Origin: Tubulanus polymorphus | Taxonomy: Eukaryota > Animalia > Nemertea | Assembly: GCF_964204645.1 (NCBI RefSeq) | Contig: NC_134033.1 | Location: 11,974,655 to 12,038,654, forward strand | DNA: 64,000 nucleotides | Reading direction: 5' to 3' | Shown: in pieces, positions 14,624 to 28,168 of the stretch | Position numbering within the stretch: position 1 is the first letter of the stretch | Layout of the letters: the number at the start of each line of letters is the position of its first letter | The notes under the pieces: generated by a model | Database searches by the model: none | The model's input: only the letters and a program-made list of their open reading frames with translations | What the model was told of the DNA's origin: nothing | Made by a program: the position numbers and the translations under genes

Positions 14624-15559
14624 CTAGAAAACAGAAAACCACGGATAATATAATAAATATACCAGTGTGATACATGAACTTTGATCCAGTCACCCACGCG
14701 CGCTTTATTCGTATAAAACAAAAATATTAATAAAACAATGCAGTGACAGCCTTCATAAGAGTCCCGCTGTCTTGGCGAGCAATATCATCTTCAGTTTGAT
14801 ATCGAGATTACGTCAATAAGACATTGCCTGCTGCGTATCCATATTTTTTCTATAAATGCAGTAGCAAAATTCCGTATCAGAAATAATTAACTGAATGGTC
14901 CATATCAGGAAAATATGAAAATACAGCATAGTAGGTTTGTCTTTGAACCAAAAAATGTTTCGCAAGTCGACTAGGGCTCCCTAGTAGCGCCGCTGCGGCA
15001 TGTGAGGATCAGCCACATGTTGCAAGTAGTTACTCAGTTATCAGCGCTTCAATTTCTTCTACATTTCGATTGAGAAATGTAGAAGAATTTTTCTCCGAAG
15101 TAAATCAATTATCAATGAAAACATCCGTAGAGAAAAGCAGATCTAATGTATCTTATGACTGGCTCATGTAGTGTATTTAGATTGGGGAGCCTTGAAATCC
15201 AGTTAGTTATAAGTTGACTATGATTCAATGATTAACCTATGCTCAGTGTGATCAGCTGGAGGTGGGATTGCACTTGATTACAACAAGTCCCATTAACATC
15301 AAACTCAAATAAAATCAGTAGTCCCAATTGATGAGTCAGTCTAATGTGTTAGTTAGTGAATGAAGTAAGAATACAGATTCATTGATGCCGACATTTCTGT
15401 TATTTCTTCAAGTATCGATAAACTTTCAAGTTAGTTTTCGTGTCATACACATGCTAGTAATTGTGGTGTTATCGGATGTGTATAGATGGCGCAATATGAT
15501 TTAAACACTGCCTCGTCATCTAAATCAATAGAATTCCAACACAAATCAACGTGACTTAC

Positions 15560-15640
15560 TTTTAATTTGCGTCTGGCGTTAAAACGTTTCATTTCTTCGA
15601 CCGTTTCGTGCAGATGAAACTTCGCTGCTTTTCCTTTCTG
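15560..15640 (-). CDS. CASK: CASK coding exon equivalent to human exon 9 (81 nt): QKGKAAKFHLHETVEEMKRFNARRKLK (autoregulatory/CaM-binding segment)
   Basis: Acceptor tttcag|CAG (NAGNAG), donor AAA|gtaagt. FNARRKLK motif. Confidence 0.95.
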
Positions 15641-16690
15641 CTGAAACAAACACAAAACGAACTTTAATTGGTGAGAAAATTGAGACCGACCCCCTAAACA
15701 ACATTCAGGTTCGAGATTTCCTCTTCCCCTTTATCCACTTAGCACCATTCAGATAATTATCAGCAGGCTCAAGGTTCTTTTTCCCCCAACCCACTTCAGT
15801 GCCTAGCATTATCAGCTGGTTTGAGGGATCCAATTCCCATTGCCCCCCTGCTGATGACATCATTGACGAGTTTGGGGGGTTTCTTTTTTCCTCAACCTTC
15901 TAAGGGCATTACTAACTGGTTTGGGGTTCATGAACTGTCGATCCACATAGATCTATGCGTTCATGTTAGCATCAGTGATCCCCCACTGCTGACCTACATG
16001 GATATATACATTTAAAATGCATCTTCTGCATCGGTGAATTATATCGCACACATTTCCTAGTCCTACTGCCAGATGGTGGTGAAAGCTTAAGCAAGTGAAA
16101 TTTCAAATTTTTGCCTATTCTGATTGCAATATGAAATGAGCATTCTGATGACGAATCATAAGCAGCGCTTTGAAGGTTAGAAAATACATGTTAGAAGAAG
16201 AAGAAGATGTTTATTCATCGTTTCCCGACCAATCGAAACATTTCCAGAAAATTCAAGTCCCAGCGAGTGGGAAATTGATTCATATGGACCTGTGCTCAAG
16301 GTGTTAATGGGAAAGGCACAGATTTTTCAAAGAGGCTGCGGTAATATTTCTCAGAACAGTGATGATAATCATTAACATTGCAAATCATTATCTTATTGGA
16401 AACTTTTCGGACTTCATCTTTCTCATCATAACAGTGTGGAATTCTCTAAATATAATCAGATCCTAGTGTTTCATTAATGGTTCGGATGGCGCAAATTATC
16501 AAAGGGGTAGCAGTCACATTTCGCTGAACAGCGATGAATTTGCAGTGCAAACTATTTTCTTAAAGGACCCTTTTCGGACTTCATCTTTCTTGTTATATTA
16601 GTGTGGTTTCTCTACACATCTATATCGTTGCAACACGGACTTAAGAATGTTCCATTGAAGGTTACGATTTTGGATGGCGTCTTTACATAC

Positions 16691-16983
16691 CCATGGATGG
16701 TTTAAAGCTTCTTCGATCGTGATTCGTTGGTCGGGGTCGAACTCGAGCATACGCTGCACGAGGTCCTTCGCCTCTTCCGTGATGTAATCCCACTGTTTCG
16801 GATTCATGCGGTAGTTGCCGCGCGCGATCGCGTCGAACAGACGATCTTTCGTGCCGCAAAATGGAAGAGAACCGCTGAGCAAAACGAACAACAATACGCC
16901 GCAGCCCCACACGTCGACGGGCTTACCGTACGGCTCGCGACGTACGACTTCTGGCGCCATGAAATGCGGCGTTCCTATACGAC
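16691..16983 (-). CDS. CASK: CASK coding exon equivalent to human exons 7+8 fused (293 nt): [29 protein letters not shown]...[11 protein letters not shown]
   Basis: Acceptor attcag|GT. APE and DVWGCG kinase motifs. The donor is taken as TGG|gtatgt, the only phase-compatible GT, so the 3' boundary is less certain. Confidence 0.93.
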
Positions 16984-18254
16984 CTGAATTTATGGAAAAA
17001 ATATTCACACATTTTAAACTTGTTGATTTTGATCGATGAATTCTGTAATTTTCACTTATTTCACATCCTTAAAGTTATTTGTTTTCACATCTATACAAAT
17101 ACCAAGATTTTCTACATTTCTTCGCAAAAACTTAAGCCATTACGGAATAACTCATCACCATCTGGACAGATTGAAATGAGATTTCTTAAACTTTATCACA
17201 GCTTGTGAATGAATTAAGCTAGAGGAAATCGACAAGACATTTTTCTTGAATTTTTCACTGACAATTTCATATTTTTGCTCTTATATAAAATATATAATCT
17301 ATCTTAAACTTTGAATATACTTTATTTTTAAGCAGATATCCATTTTTTAAACATTTTTCCATATTTTCTACATTATCCAAATCGATTTTCATTCAAAGAT
17401 TCAAGACACTTTGCCATTGCTTACTAACGACCCTCTTCAAGTAAGTTGACCTGTACTGATGAGTAAGAAGACAGATTTCAGTGTCAAATAAAAAGACTTG
17501 GCCCTATAACACAAGCAATTACAGTCAACTTCCCTGCAGTCCTGCATGACTTATCCCAAGAATGACGTTCACTCAATCAAATGAATTGTAAATACAAATT
17601 GCAACTCTAAATAGTGAAACTAAAGCGATGTGACCACTGATTTGATGAAGAGAGTTTGACTACATTCGTAAACTGGCCATATTTGTTAGATCCACTGCAA
17701 ACTTGAAAAGTACATCGCGCAATGAGAATCACAATCAAATTTTCATGGAAGAATTTTTCTAATCGCTGTTTTGGTGCGATCAATCACCGACGAATTAGTG
17801 CAATTATTTCTAGCGATCCAATTAATCACAGGGGCGTAAATTGAGCTGAAAGCTTAAGTCGTCGTGGACCAACGGTTGCTCGGGAAACGAACGTTGCAGC
17901 TTCGTTGGTTGATGGATGGTGCGGCGATCAACGCCACCAGTCTCTCCCCAACCGACCGACCGATCGTCCGATGTTAGATTACAGAATTATCCTACTCGTG
18001 ATTCAGAAGCGATTAATTATCATTATTTGGTGTTAATTTCATATAAGCGTCGAGGGATGAGTTAACGTCTGAAGCCTAGAGGGAAACAGAAACCAGTCCC
18101 ACAGTTCTGCCTAAGGATTGAATCGACTATCACCAATTGAAAATGTACTCTAGGTACACATTTAATCAAGAACAGTGGATCTGGGTCTTAAATAGCAGAC
18201 CTGGTATTTCTTTTTAGGAGTGGTTTTCACCTGAAATATTATCATAATAGCAGT

Positions 18255-18345
18255 TTATTCAACACATTTGGGTGGAATTTGTCAAAAAAATTTCAAATCA
18301 TCTCCAGCGCTTGCGGGCATTAATAAATCAGCTCGAAGTGTTTGA
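18255..18345 (-). mobile_element. Degenerate terminal fragment of the same piggyBac-type MITE family
   Basis: ttcaacacatttgggtggaattt...tttcaaatcatctccagc resembles 22813-22897. Confidence 0.55.
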
Positions 18346-18801
18346 ATTTTGGAATAACGATGCCAAAAACTATTCGCATTAAGGGGATGTAGAAACTACA
18401 GGAATCTGTCGTCATTAATCGCTTATTGTGTCTGACATGGCGTAACTACATGAAAAAAACCAAATCACTGTAACACCTCTATAAAGGCTAAGGTATTTCA
18501 TAAGTAAACGGCTAGTTATCATATTTCTGAAAATAAAACCGTTCTCATCACGTAGATAGTTTTCATCAATTCACCGTCGGCGATGTCGTTTGATTAATCA
18601 GCGAAAAACCGATCCAAGGTAACGTAACAGAATGTCAAACTAAGATTGATGAAGGATGATGGGAGAATGTCTACTGACAGACTGATTGACTGATAGCGCG
18701 GATTCGTACACACAATACAGTGATGTCGATAAATGTAGCAATGATGATATGTGTACTGGGTTGGTTTCATTTTTCAGCAGTGTAGATCAAATACTATCTA
18801 C

Positions 18802-19080
18802 CCAATAAGATAAAAACCCACTATCTACAGATTAAAAGAATTTAAAAACAAGAATTTATTTATTCAATCTAAAATATATAGATTACACGACGTTTCGATC
18901 TCACCCTAGAGATCATCATCAGGTGTGAGATCGAAACGTCGTGTTTATTATATATTTTAGATTGAATAAATAATTTAGATTTTAGATTGAATAAATTCTT
19001 GTTTTTAAATTCTTTTAATCCGTAGATAGTGGGTTTTTATGTTATTATCCATTCACCACGTTTGAGTGTGGTTATCGTTC
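18802..19080. mobile_element. Penelope-like retroelement terminal (pLTR) fragment inserted as a palindrome
   Basis: Arms of about 100-120 bp (18804-18904 and 18926-19046) are inverted around a hammerhead motif. The direct repeat tactatctac flanks it at 18792-18801 and 19081-19090. A second copy lies at 33481-33628. Confidence 0.75.
18885..18926 (-). ncRNA. Minimal type I hammerhead ribozyme motif with intact core
   Basis: Minus strand reads ACAC-CUGAUGA-U-GAUCUC-uagggu-GAGAUC-GAAAC-GUC-GUGU: 4-bp stem I, 6-bp stem II, palindromic ACGU in place of stem III. Confidence 0.8.
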
Positions 19081-19816
19081 TACTATCTACACATGAAACT
19101 ATTCAGATCCTTCCCTAAATATCGATATGAAGCCTAGAATCACAGCCCTTTTCCATTCCAGTAGGAACTCTGAACTATCACTTTTAGAAAGTATGCTCAT
19201 AAAATATCAATTCTACGACTGGTATCCAGTGTTCATAATCCCACATCATTCTCAATCAACAATTAGTTCGAGGTAATGCCCTAAACATATGTGATGCCCG
19301 GACAATAAAAAATGGTAGAAAGGTGATTAAATATTCAAAGTCTGAATGGGTAGAATCATGCAATGGATTGATTGATATACCCTAATGTAGAAAGGGTGCT
19401 AAACATCCATTAGATAAATGGCAACATGTAATTATTGTCGGGATGTTTTATTCATCCCTCACCTCCAAATCAGGATTTATTAATATACGAGGTTGTGTTG
19501 AAATGTTCCATTATTAGTAATAATCGATATTTTCATTAGTTTGTTATATGAAATCATTTTTATATGAATGATCAGTTAGGTTCATTGTTAATGTTTGGTT
19601 AGTGTCTCTACAATATTGCAATGGCAAACTGCAAAACCGGCTATCCAACCAAATGGTGTGACTATAACAGTCAGTCTGATGTTGTCGAAATGAGTTCATT
19701 TTTTTCAATCAGGCTGCCGAATCTGAATATTATCATACAAACCACTAACATGATTAACTTTTATACACTATGTTAGGTCTAGATTTCAACAGAGAAAAGT
19801 AGATTTGATTTTAATA

Positions 19817-19853
<37 letters not shown>

Positions 19854-21138
19854 TTTATTTTTATATAGCGTTACTCTCATTACAGACTCGTAATTGAAAC
19901 TGAAGCACAGAAAACTCGAGTAATTACTACAAGGGAACCTCGTAGATCCTCGCTTGCCACAATAGCAATCGTCAATTCTGCAGGTGAAACATATTTTCAA
20001 GAATTTTTCTATTTTCTATGCCTTATGGGTCCTACTGTCAGGCACGCCATCTAGTGGGAAAGCCGGTATCATATCTCCGTCATTGTTTGATCTAAGATCA
20101 ATAAATTCTATGATTGTAGAAATAGATTTGAAAATCTCGTTGAATCGGTGAAAAATGCCAAGTGATTCAGCATTACAATATTGTCGAGATGACACCAGCA
20201 GTGTGGTATACAGTATAGGGTGTTAATGCAATACATTAGGAGCCATTAGTTGCTGAAAGGCTGTCACTGGTAATAATGTATCCTATCGCGGTATTCAAGA
20301 ATTCTTACTCAAATCCTAGGGTTTACCAAAATAATTTTTACCAATCGAAAAAACCCCACGATCAAGTTAAAACTGATGCCAGTTCTACTGCCACGAGTTA
20401 AATCACGCAAGTGAAAATAATAGCGTATGAACCAACTATAACACGCGAATCAAACTAACTCGTAGAACCGCAGAATTGGGTTCTTAACACTACATTTTTG
20501 TAAGGGTAGTTAGTATTTAAAACAACCTCTAAGCAACCATCTCCAGAATTTGTTTAATGTTTTTTTTGTCTTTCTCTTACCAGCGCAATCTTCGCGTAGA
20601 GATTGCCATTCTTGTAGATGGTAATTAATTCGAGTATCTGCAATAATTGGTTCAATGAAGAAATTTTACTCTTCATAAAACTTCGACTTTCCGATCATTC
20701 TAGTATCAGATTTGATACTTTTGGGGTAATTTTGACCCTTCAGAAAAATTGACTTTACATTTTTCGTCACTTCAGTTCATGTAAAATCTATCGAAGAGTG
20801 AAACCTTTTTGTGGAACCGGTCTATAAAACCAGACTTTAGAAGCGAATTAGCCATATTGAGCTTTCTAAAACCCTTCGATCGCTAGACCCAAGAGTTCCC
20901 AGTGACTGTTACATGTGTTACTTCTCAAGCTGGCATAAAAAATGGCAGTTTTTGCCGGATCATTGGGCAAAGTATCCAATTTGTTATCAGTTTCTTTTTA
21001 TTCTTAGAGCATCATTTTCTATTATCTTAATAACACGGATGGCACGTTGCATTAATGGTTTTCCCCACAGCGATCAAAGCGCCATCTTCCGAAGCGATAA
21101 AAGTACCCGACAAATTTGGGCCGAACGTCGTTTCGTAC

Positions 21139-21314
21139 CTCCTGAGATTTGACCGGATTCCGGCAGTTGAATGGCGACGCCGAAACCACCGAGTTTGACT
21201 GGAGCGGAATTTTCTTTGGAAGCCAATAGTACGCAGTGGGGTTTCATATCGCGGTGTATAATATCATTTTCGTGGCAGTAACGAAGAGCCTCGAGGATTT
21301 GTCGAACGTAATGA
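21139..21314 (-). CDS. CASK: CASK coding exon equivalent to human exons 5+6 fused (176 nt): [58 protein letters not shown]
   Basis: Acceptor tttcag|T, donor G|gtacg. Contains the catalytic loop HRDMKPHC and GFG in place of DFG, both diagnostic of CASK. Confidence 0.97.
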
Positions 21315-22608
21315 CTGAAAATAGAAGACAGAATAATAGCTGCTTACATTAGTGTATTCCGTTCGTTCAGCAGGAAACTATTGTTATTATCATCATCATC
21401 ATCATCGTGATGATTGCCAATTCATTTACAATATTCGTACATACAATCGATCTATTGATTAATCAAAAATTCTACAACTTATTCATTCCAAAGGCATTGT
21501 TCAAAGCCGTCAAAAATATAAAGATCCATCCGAATGCGCCGCTTCTCTCTGTGAACTGCCATTCTTATTTAAGTCGTGAAAAATTTGATCAGCACACAGA
21601 TCAGGACACTATACTTTCATCAGTATGAATGGTCTTCATAAAATACATTTCACACCAAGTATGACAAGCCATTGCTACCAAATGTCGAGCCTTGCTTGGG
21701 CCATGCGAAGTCTAAGCGTTAGATTAATAGGGGTATGGTTTTCTGGATATTTCTGGTCCATTCCAACCCAAAGCGCTTGATTCAAAGAAGAAATACAGCG
21801 ACCGTGCTCAATGCCATTTTTGGACTTCAAACCGATATATTCAGTTTCGCTTGGTATCTAAATCATCGATAAATAATCGTGATAACAGAAGTTCAATCAC
21901 AAGCTGCTGCACAAACGATATTCAATACACTTTCTACTGGTTTTCATTAACATTTGGAGTCACAATGAAGTAACTGAAAAAAACTGAATTGAACTTGACA
22001 CCAGAATGGAATTAACTTGACAGCTATGGGATTTCATAGTGTGTATTGCCTGACAGGATTTGACAACCGTGTTCCAAATGAGAAAACCGGCATTTGTTGA
22101 ACTTTCGTGATGAGGTAAACATATTTTTTGAACGAATTGCATAAAACGTTTGAAGATCCATTAATGTTCTCTCCATAGATTCAAAGTCATTAACAAACTG
22201 AATACGCAATGATAAAAATCAGCTTCTGGTTTGTTACGTCAGGATCGCCAGGTGTTGTGGTATATATATTCATCATTTGAGGATATTGCTAATTTCCCAT
22301 TTAATCGAGAAAGTGGCAGAGAATGTTGAAGATTTTTGGCGGCCAATTTGAAAGACTACGTTACTAATATTCAACAGGAGTCATAGCGGACTTGAAGTGT
22401 GAAGAGCGCTAACGAGAAATTCAAGATGTCAGCCGTATTGGTGGCATTTTGGGACAGCGAAAAACCGAATCGTCGTACATTACACCAATCATTTTCCAGT
22501 AAAATTCCATGCTGCACGCAGACCCTGCTCTTATTATCATCATGTCAAACTGAACTTCCATAATGACATAATAATTATCTCCTGTGTGACATAATAATTA
22601 TCAATTAA

Positions 22609-22897
22609 CCCTTTCAGCGCGTCTACACCGCAGTGCGGTGTATGAATCAGTGATGGATTTTGTTAGTACACTGCACCGCTGTGTATTAGTGTAATTAGTA
22701 ATTAGTTTTTACCTATATTGAAAGATGGCAGCACCTGTCAAACCTAGTGAAATATTAGTTACTAACGATACACCGCTCTGCGGTGTAGATGCACTTTAGT
22801 GGTATTCCCGTTATTCAACACACTAGGGTGCAATTTTTTCAAAATTTTCAAATTATCTCCAGCACTATAGGGTATTGATTAGTTAGCACTGAAAGGG
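22609..22897 (-). mobile_element. piggyBac-type MITE, copy 1 (strand label arbitrary; opposite to copies 2 and 3)
   Basis: TTAA on both sides (22605-08, 22898-901). TIR CCCTTTCAG(C/T)GC...GCACTGAAAGGG. Three internal TACACCGCNNTGCGGTGTA palindromes. Non-coding. Confidence 0.9.
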
Positions 22898-23143
22898 TTA
22901 AAACAATAATCAATATTTTATCCATAACGAATGAATATCATTTCAGCACCACGAGAACCGCGAGCTAAGAATAAAATTTCAATTGGATAATTTCGTTTGT
23001 CGTGTCATTTTCTACGCGCTGGATTCAAGGCATAAAATTCTCTCGCCGCGTATAATTAAACCTCGTTCATTCATCGTCGAGTCAAGGCGAGGCGCGCCGC
23101 AAAACTTTTTTATATTCGCGCTCTCGCCATCGTTTACACGTTA

Positions 23144-23398
<255 letters not shown>

Positions 23399-23872
23399 TC
23401 AACAGCCATGGTTTCACAGACCCGGGTTCGGAAGCTGTTAATTAAATTTCTATCTACTCTTGAGTCGGTTGCAAATCGAAAACGAACTGATTTTGATTCC
23501 ATACGAGCAAGTCGCGAGTGGAAAGTCAACTGATTCTGACTAATGAGAATCAAATCTAAACACACTTTCTGCGGCACTTGGTCCAGTTTCAATTTCATCA
23601 ATTGCCACGATCATACAGAGTCAAATTTAGCCTGTGCCTAATAAGACAGGACATTGACACGTAAATCATTCATTACTAAAATGCTATCAAAATGATGCTG
23701 TGGTAAGTGTATTCAGTCACAATTAGCATCCACACGTATTAATTCAACCAGTGATACAATTTGGCATGGGTATGATCCAACATTTTTGACATGGGCCAAA
23801 TTTGGCACTGACAAAAACGCTTGCGAGATCGGGACTAATAGCTGTTGATATAGACTGGCATCTCATACTTAC

Positions 23873-23997
<125 letters not shown>

Positions 23998-24219
23998 CTA
24001 AAATTACCAATTCGATTTCAAACAAAAATAATGCGAAAAATCTTTTTTTTTCGATATAAGAAACAAGTACAGAAGACTCCTTCCTTGTAACACGAATCGA
24101 GTTGAAAACAAATTTATCAAAATAGGGAACCACAGCTTATCTCACCAGATGACATCAAAATGAGTTTATTTTCCCTCAAAATTGAAGTGGATTTTTGGGT
24201 TCCCAAATCCAAATATTAA

Positions 24220-24500
24220 CCCTTTCATTGCTGACTAGTTAATACACTATAGTGCTAGAGATAATTTGAAAATTTTTTAAAATTCCACCCTAGTGTGTTG
24301 AATTACGGGAATACCACTATAGTGCGTCTACACCGCGGCGCGGTGTATCGTTAGTTACTCGTATTTCACTATGTCTGACAGATGCTGCCATTTTTCAAGA
24401 GAGATAATTACTAATTACATCAATACACCGCAGTGTGGTGTACTAGCAAAATCCATCACTGATTTATACACCCCACTGCGGTGTAGACGCACTGAAAGGG
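24220..24500 (+). mobile_element. piggyBac-type MITE, copy 2 (inverted relative to copy 1)
   Basis: TTAA on the left, TTGA on the right. Same TIRs; the body is the reverse complement of 22609-22897. Confidence 0.9.
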
Positions 24501-25854
24501 TTGAACAAGCCTCCACAAAATAACCAAGTACCTTAAAATTACCTTGAATAAAGGTTTCCCATTATTTCCAAGCTTAAAACAAAAACCACCGTTTCAAATT
24601 GATTCGAGTTAGGAAGAATTTACTGTATTTGTCTATCAATATCAACCAAAGAAGGTGTTAATCTTTATTTTCTTCGTTTAAGTGAATATTCTAATTCTTG
24701 ATCTTTAAACGACACTCTCGGATCTCGCGCTGAAAAAGCGAAATCGTGTAATTTGTTTTTCCCTATTTTTTTCATTTCAACCGCGAATCTAATTTGAATT
24801 CCATCGGCCACGAACAACACGGAACTGCTATATACGTGTCACAGGTGAAAAAGCGTGCAAATCAACAAACACCGACGACAGTACACCATTAAATCCTCCG
24901 AGGCCCTGTCTCATGGAAAAGTTATCAATTACCATACGTAGCTAAGTTCGTCATTTTCAAAACGCAGTCAATGCCAATCATAATGTGCCATTGTTTTCAA
25001 TGCCAGGGTCCATTTACATGAATAAATCTAAGCTTAAATTAGTTAACTTTGAATTTTTGTCCTCATTCAAAACCAAACATTTTAGATTAGCTTTATTATG
25101 AGATAATAGGAGTTTTTATTTTCTATGAAAAGATTCACGAAATCTTACTCAAATTCGATGAAAATACCACTCTTCGTATTCTTATTTTTCTTTATACGAA
25201 CCATGGCGTACAATGGACTTTGACTCGACAAAAATGAAAGTATCAATCTCCTCAAGCTTAAGAAAATTTTGGAATAAAATTTCGGTTGAATAAACTGGAT
25301 TGGTTATTTCATTTTTTTGCCAAGTCCCTCGATACAAATTTGGGCAAACATTTTCATGAGACAGCGCCCGCGAGCAAGATCCACAGTGGAACCATAAACT
25401 AAATTCTATACAGTTGAGTTTAATCTATAATCGAAGAACAGTGTATTATCTGGTTTCAGGACATATATATTATGAAACGCGAACACCAAATGAAATTCCA
25501 CTAAAGAAAGAAAATGAAAGAAATGAAATTCTAATATCAATGGTATTAACAGCTATTTACAGTAGTTGTAGCTAATACACACCCCATAGACAAGTGCACC
25601 TATTGCCATTATATCATTAGGATACCACTAAAATTGATTATCTCATTTCAAATCTTTTCATCAATGACCTTAGTATCCCCAAAATATGCTGGTGGAAAGA
25701 ATTCAGAATTCCTGACACTGGACCGATAAGAAACCCATGTTTTCTGAGAATAATAGGGCATTTGTTAAGTGAATAGAGCGCTTGACAAGTCAGTCGACAC
25801 ACCTGACTGGTCACCGCACTGACCACACAAACTTCCAAACTCAATCAATCACTA

Positions 25855-25925
25855 GGAGTCGGTGGTCTAGTGGTTAGCATTCAGAACTTGGATGCTAGAG
25901 GTTCCAGGTTCAAATCCTGACCATT
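25855..25925 (+). mobile_element. tRNA-derived SINE head or tRNA pseudogene
   Basis: A box TGGTCTAGTGG (25863-73) and B box GGTTCAAATCC (25907-17) at tRNA-like spacing. Acceptor and anticodon stems do not pair well. Confidence 0.6.
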
Positions 25926-27459
25926 GAGGGCTGGCTATAAATTGATATTTTGATGGAATAAAAAGGGACAAATTTTTTTAAATAGATTACAAAATCTTTC
26001 CAAATTAATTGAAATGATCCGTCACTACGTCACGTTAGTGAAGGTCTTGTTTAAGCCGTGAACACATGGAAATGATTTGGCCCACATCAAACTGGCTTAA
26101 ACCAGCTGAGAGTTAAATTTGGCCGGTGCCTAATTGGAGATCGCGTTCACACGTAAATCACTCTCATTTCTAAAATCCTTTCAAAATGATGCTTCACGGA
26201 ACCAATTAACTTTGCGCGGAATAATTTGACCTGTGCCAAAATTTGGCAACGGCCTGGTCCAATATTTGTAGCTGGACCGACAGGCCCGAGTCTCATCTAA
26301 CATGGGTCGAGTTTAACCGCAATCAAAAACGCACATGTAATGGCGCCTTACGAATATTTTCAGACATGTCAGCCATGTCACCCCGACAGGTTGTATTTCC
26401 CTAAAGACTTATGTCTGCAGTTCGTAATTCTCGCTACAATGAATGGTCAATTACTGTCCGTCTATCGACCAGCTGTCCCTGTAATCCCGCGGGTGCAAGA
26501 GAATTCATTACGATCTGTCTGATGTATTTGCCATCAGACGGGTGGTCAACTAACACCTACGATAATAGCCTCGTATATTACATACATCACAGATAAACGC
26601 CTTTTTTATTACTTGGGAGTAGTAAAATGGAAGGGCCATCAGAAAAATGTTTTTACTTTCACTGACATTTCGAAATGGACGAGAACCAGGGAAAATTAAA
26701 ATAAACTTTTTCTTAAATTTGCAAAAATGAAGATATTTTCCGAGAATTTTTTGATTATTCAAGAATTTTCCACATAGAATGTTCGCAGGAAAAAGATTTT
26801 AAAAATGATTTTTAAAAAATGTATTGAATCGAATTCAAATCATACGCAAAATTCAGCAAACAAACTTCTTGCAAATAGAATGAAAGTTAAGGATGGAACT
26901 ATCTACAAATTTCAAAAAGCTTAATATCAAATATCTAGAAAGAGGGGATAATCTTCTTTCTTTTTTTTTAAACGTAAATAATTTATCAGAATGGGGTGAA
27001 GTTACAATGCTGTGGAAAGTGAGGATATGCCACGGGTTCGCTTTGTAATTTCAAAATAAAACAGGCTTTAAAAATCTGCTATAGATTTCAGGCAAATATC
27101 TGAACCCGATATAAATGTATCGCGCGATAGTATCCTTTATCAAGCGGAAAAACTGTTCTTATCGTCGAAATCGATATTAAAAAAATTTCCTTAAATTCGC
27201 GTCTTTTCTGCTCGGTTTTTCTTTCGCGCTAACGAATGTGAAAAATGCGTGCGCGGAATATCGGTAAGAGGTGCATGAATTACGAGGGGATCGTGACAGC
27301 GACGGTTACCATTCACACGTAACGCATACGTACAACCGAATCATTCGATTATCAATGGACCGAATAAAAGACGGAAGAGAATGGAAGGAGATTGAGGAGT
27401 GAAACGATAGCGAGCTCGAGAGAGAGGGCAATATAGAGGGTAGTGAAGGAGAGGAGAAT

Positions 27460-27940
27460 AACGGTTGGTTGAGGGGATGGTGAAAAGGGGATAGTGGGAT
27501 AGAGGAGAATGAAAAGAAGAGGGGAATGACGGTTGGTTGAGGGGATGGTGAAAAAGAGGGTAGTGGGATAGAGGAGAGTGAAAAGGAGAGGGGAATGACG
27601 GTTGGTCGAGGGGATGGTGATAAAGGGGGTAGTGGGATAGAGGAGAGTGAAAGGGAGAGGGGAATGATGGTTGGTTGAGGGGATGGTGAAAAAGGGGGTA
27701 GTGGGATAGAGGAGAGTGAAAAGGAGAGGGGAATGACGGTTGGTTGAGGGGATGGTGAAAAAGGGGGTAGTGGGATAGAGGAGAGTGAAAAGGAGAGGGG
27801 AATGACGGTTGGTTGAGGGGATGGTGAAAAGGGGGTAGTGGGATAGAGGAGAATGAAAAGGAGAGGGGAATGACGGTTGGTTGAGGGGATGGTGAAAAAG
27901 GCGGTAGTGGGATAGAGGAGAGTGAAAAAGAGAGGGGAAT
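27460..27940. repeat. 68-69-bp G-rich minisatellite, about 7 copies
   Basis: Unit gacggttggttgaggggatggtgaaaaagggggtagtgggatagaggagagtgaaaaggagaggggaat. Confidence 0.95.
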
Positions 27941-27991
27941 GGAGAATGAGGGGAAACTCAACCGACAGTACCAGGATTGGCAGAGGACGGT

Positions 27992-28168
27992 GAGATGGAG
28001 TCAGTAGTCTCAGTGAGGAGATGGAGTCATTAGTCTTGGTGAGGAGATGGAGTCATTAGTCTCAGTGAGGAGATGGAGTCATTAGTCTCAGTGAGGAGAT
28101 GGAGTCAGTAGTCACAGTGAGGAGATGGAGTCATTAGTCTTGGTGAGGAGATGGAGTCATTAGTCTCG
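27992..28168. repeat. 26-bp minisatellite, about 7 copies
   Basis: Unit gagatggagtcattagtctcagtgag. Confidence 0.95.

Noticed and set aside
21940-22230. Possible decayed DNA-transposon coding fragment
   Set aside because: Only a vague motif resemblance, with no termini identified.
25855-25925. Functional tRNA gene
   Set aside because: A and B boxes are present, but the acceptor and anticodon stems do not pair. Treated as a SINE head or pseudogene.
27341-27961. 206-aa Pro/Ser/His-rich ORF and possible G-quadruplex array
   Set aside because: The ORF is a 69-bp repeat artefact. The G-runs are mostly separated by long loops, so a stable G4 is doubtful.
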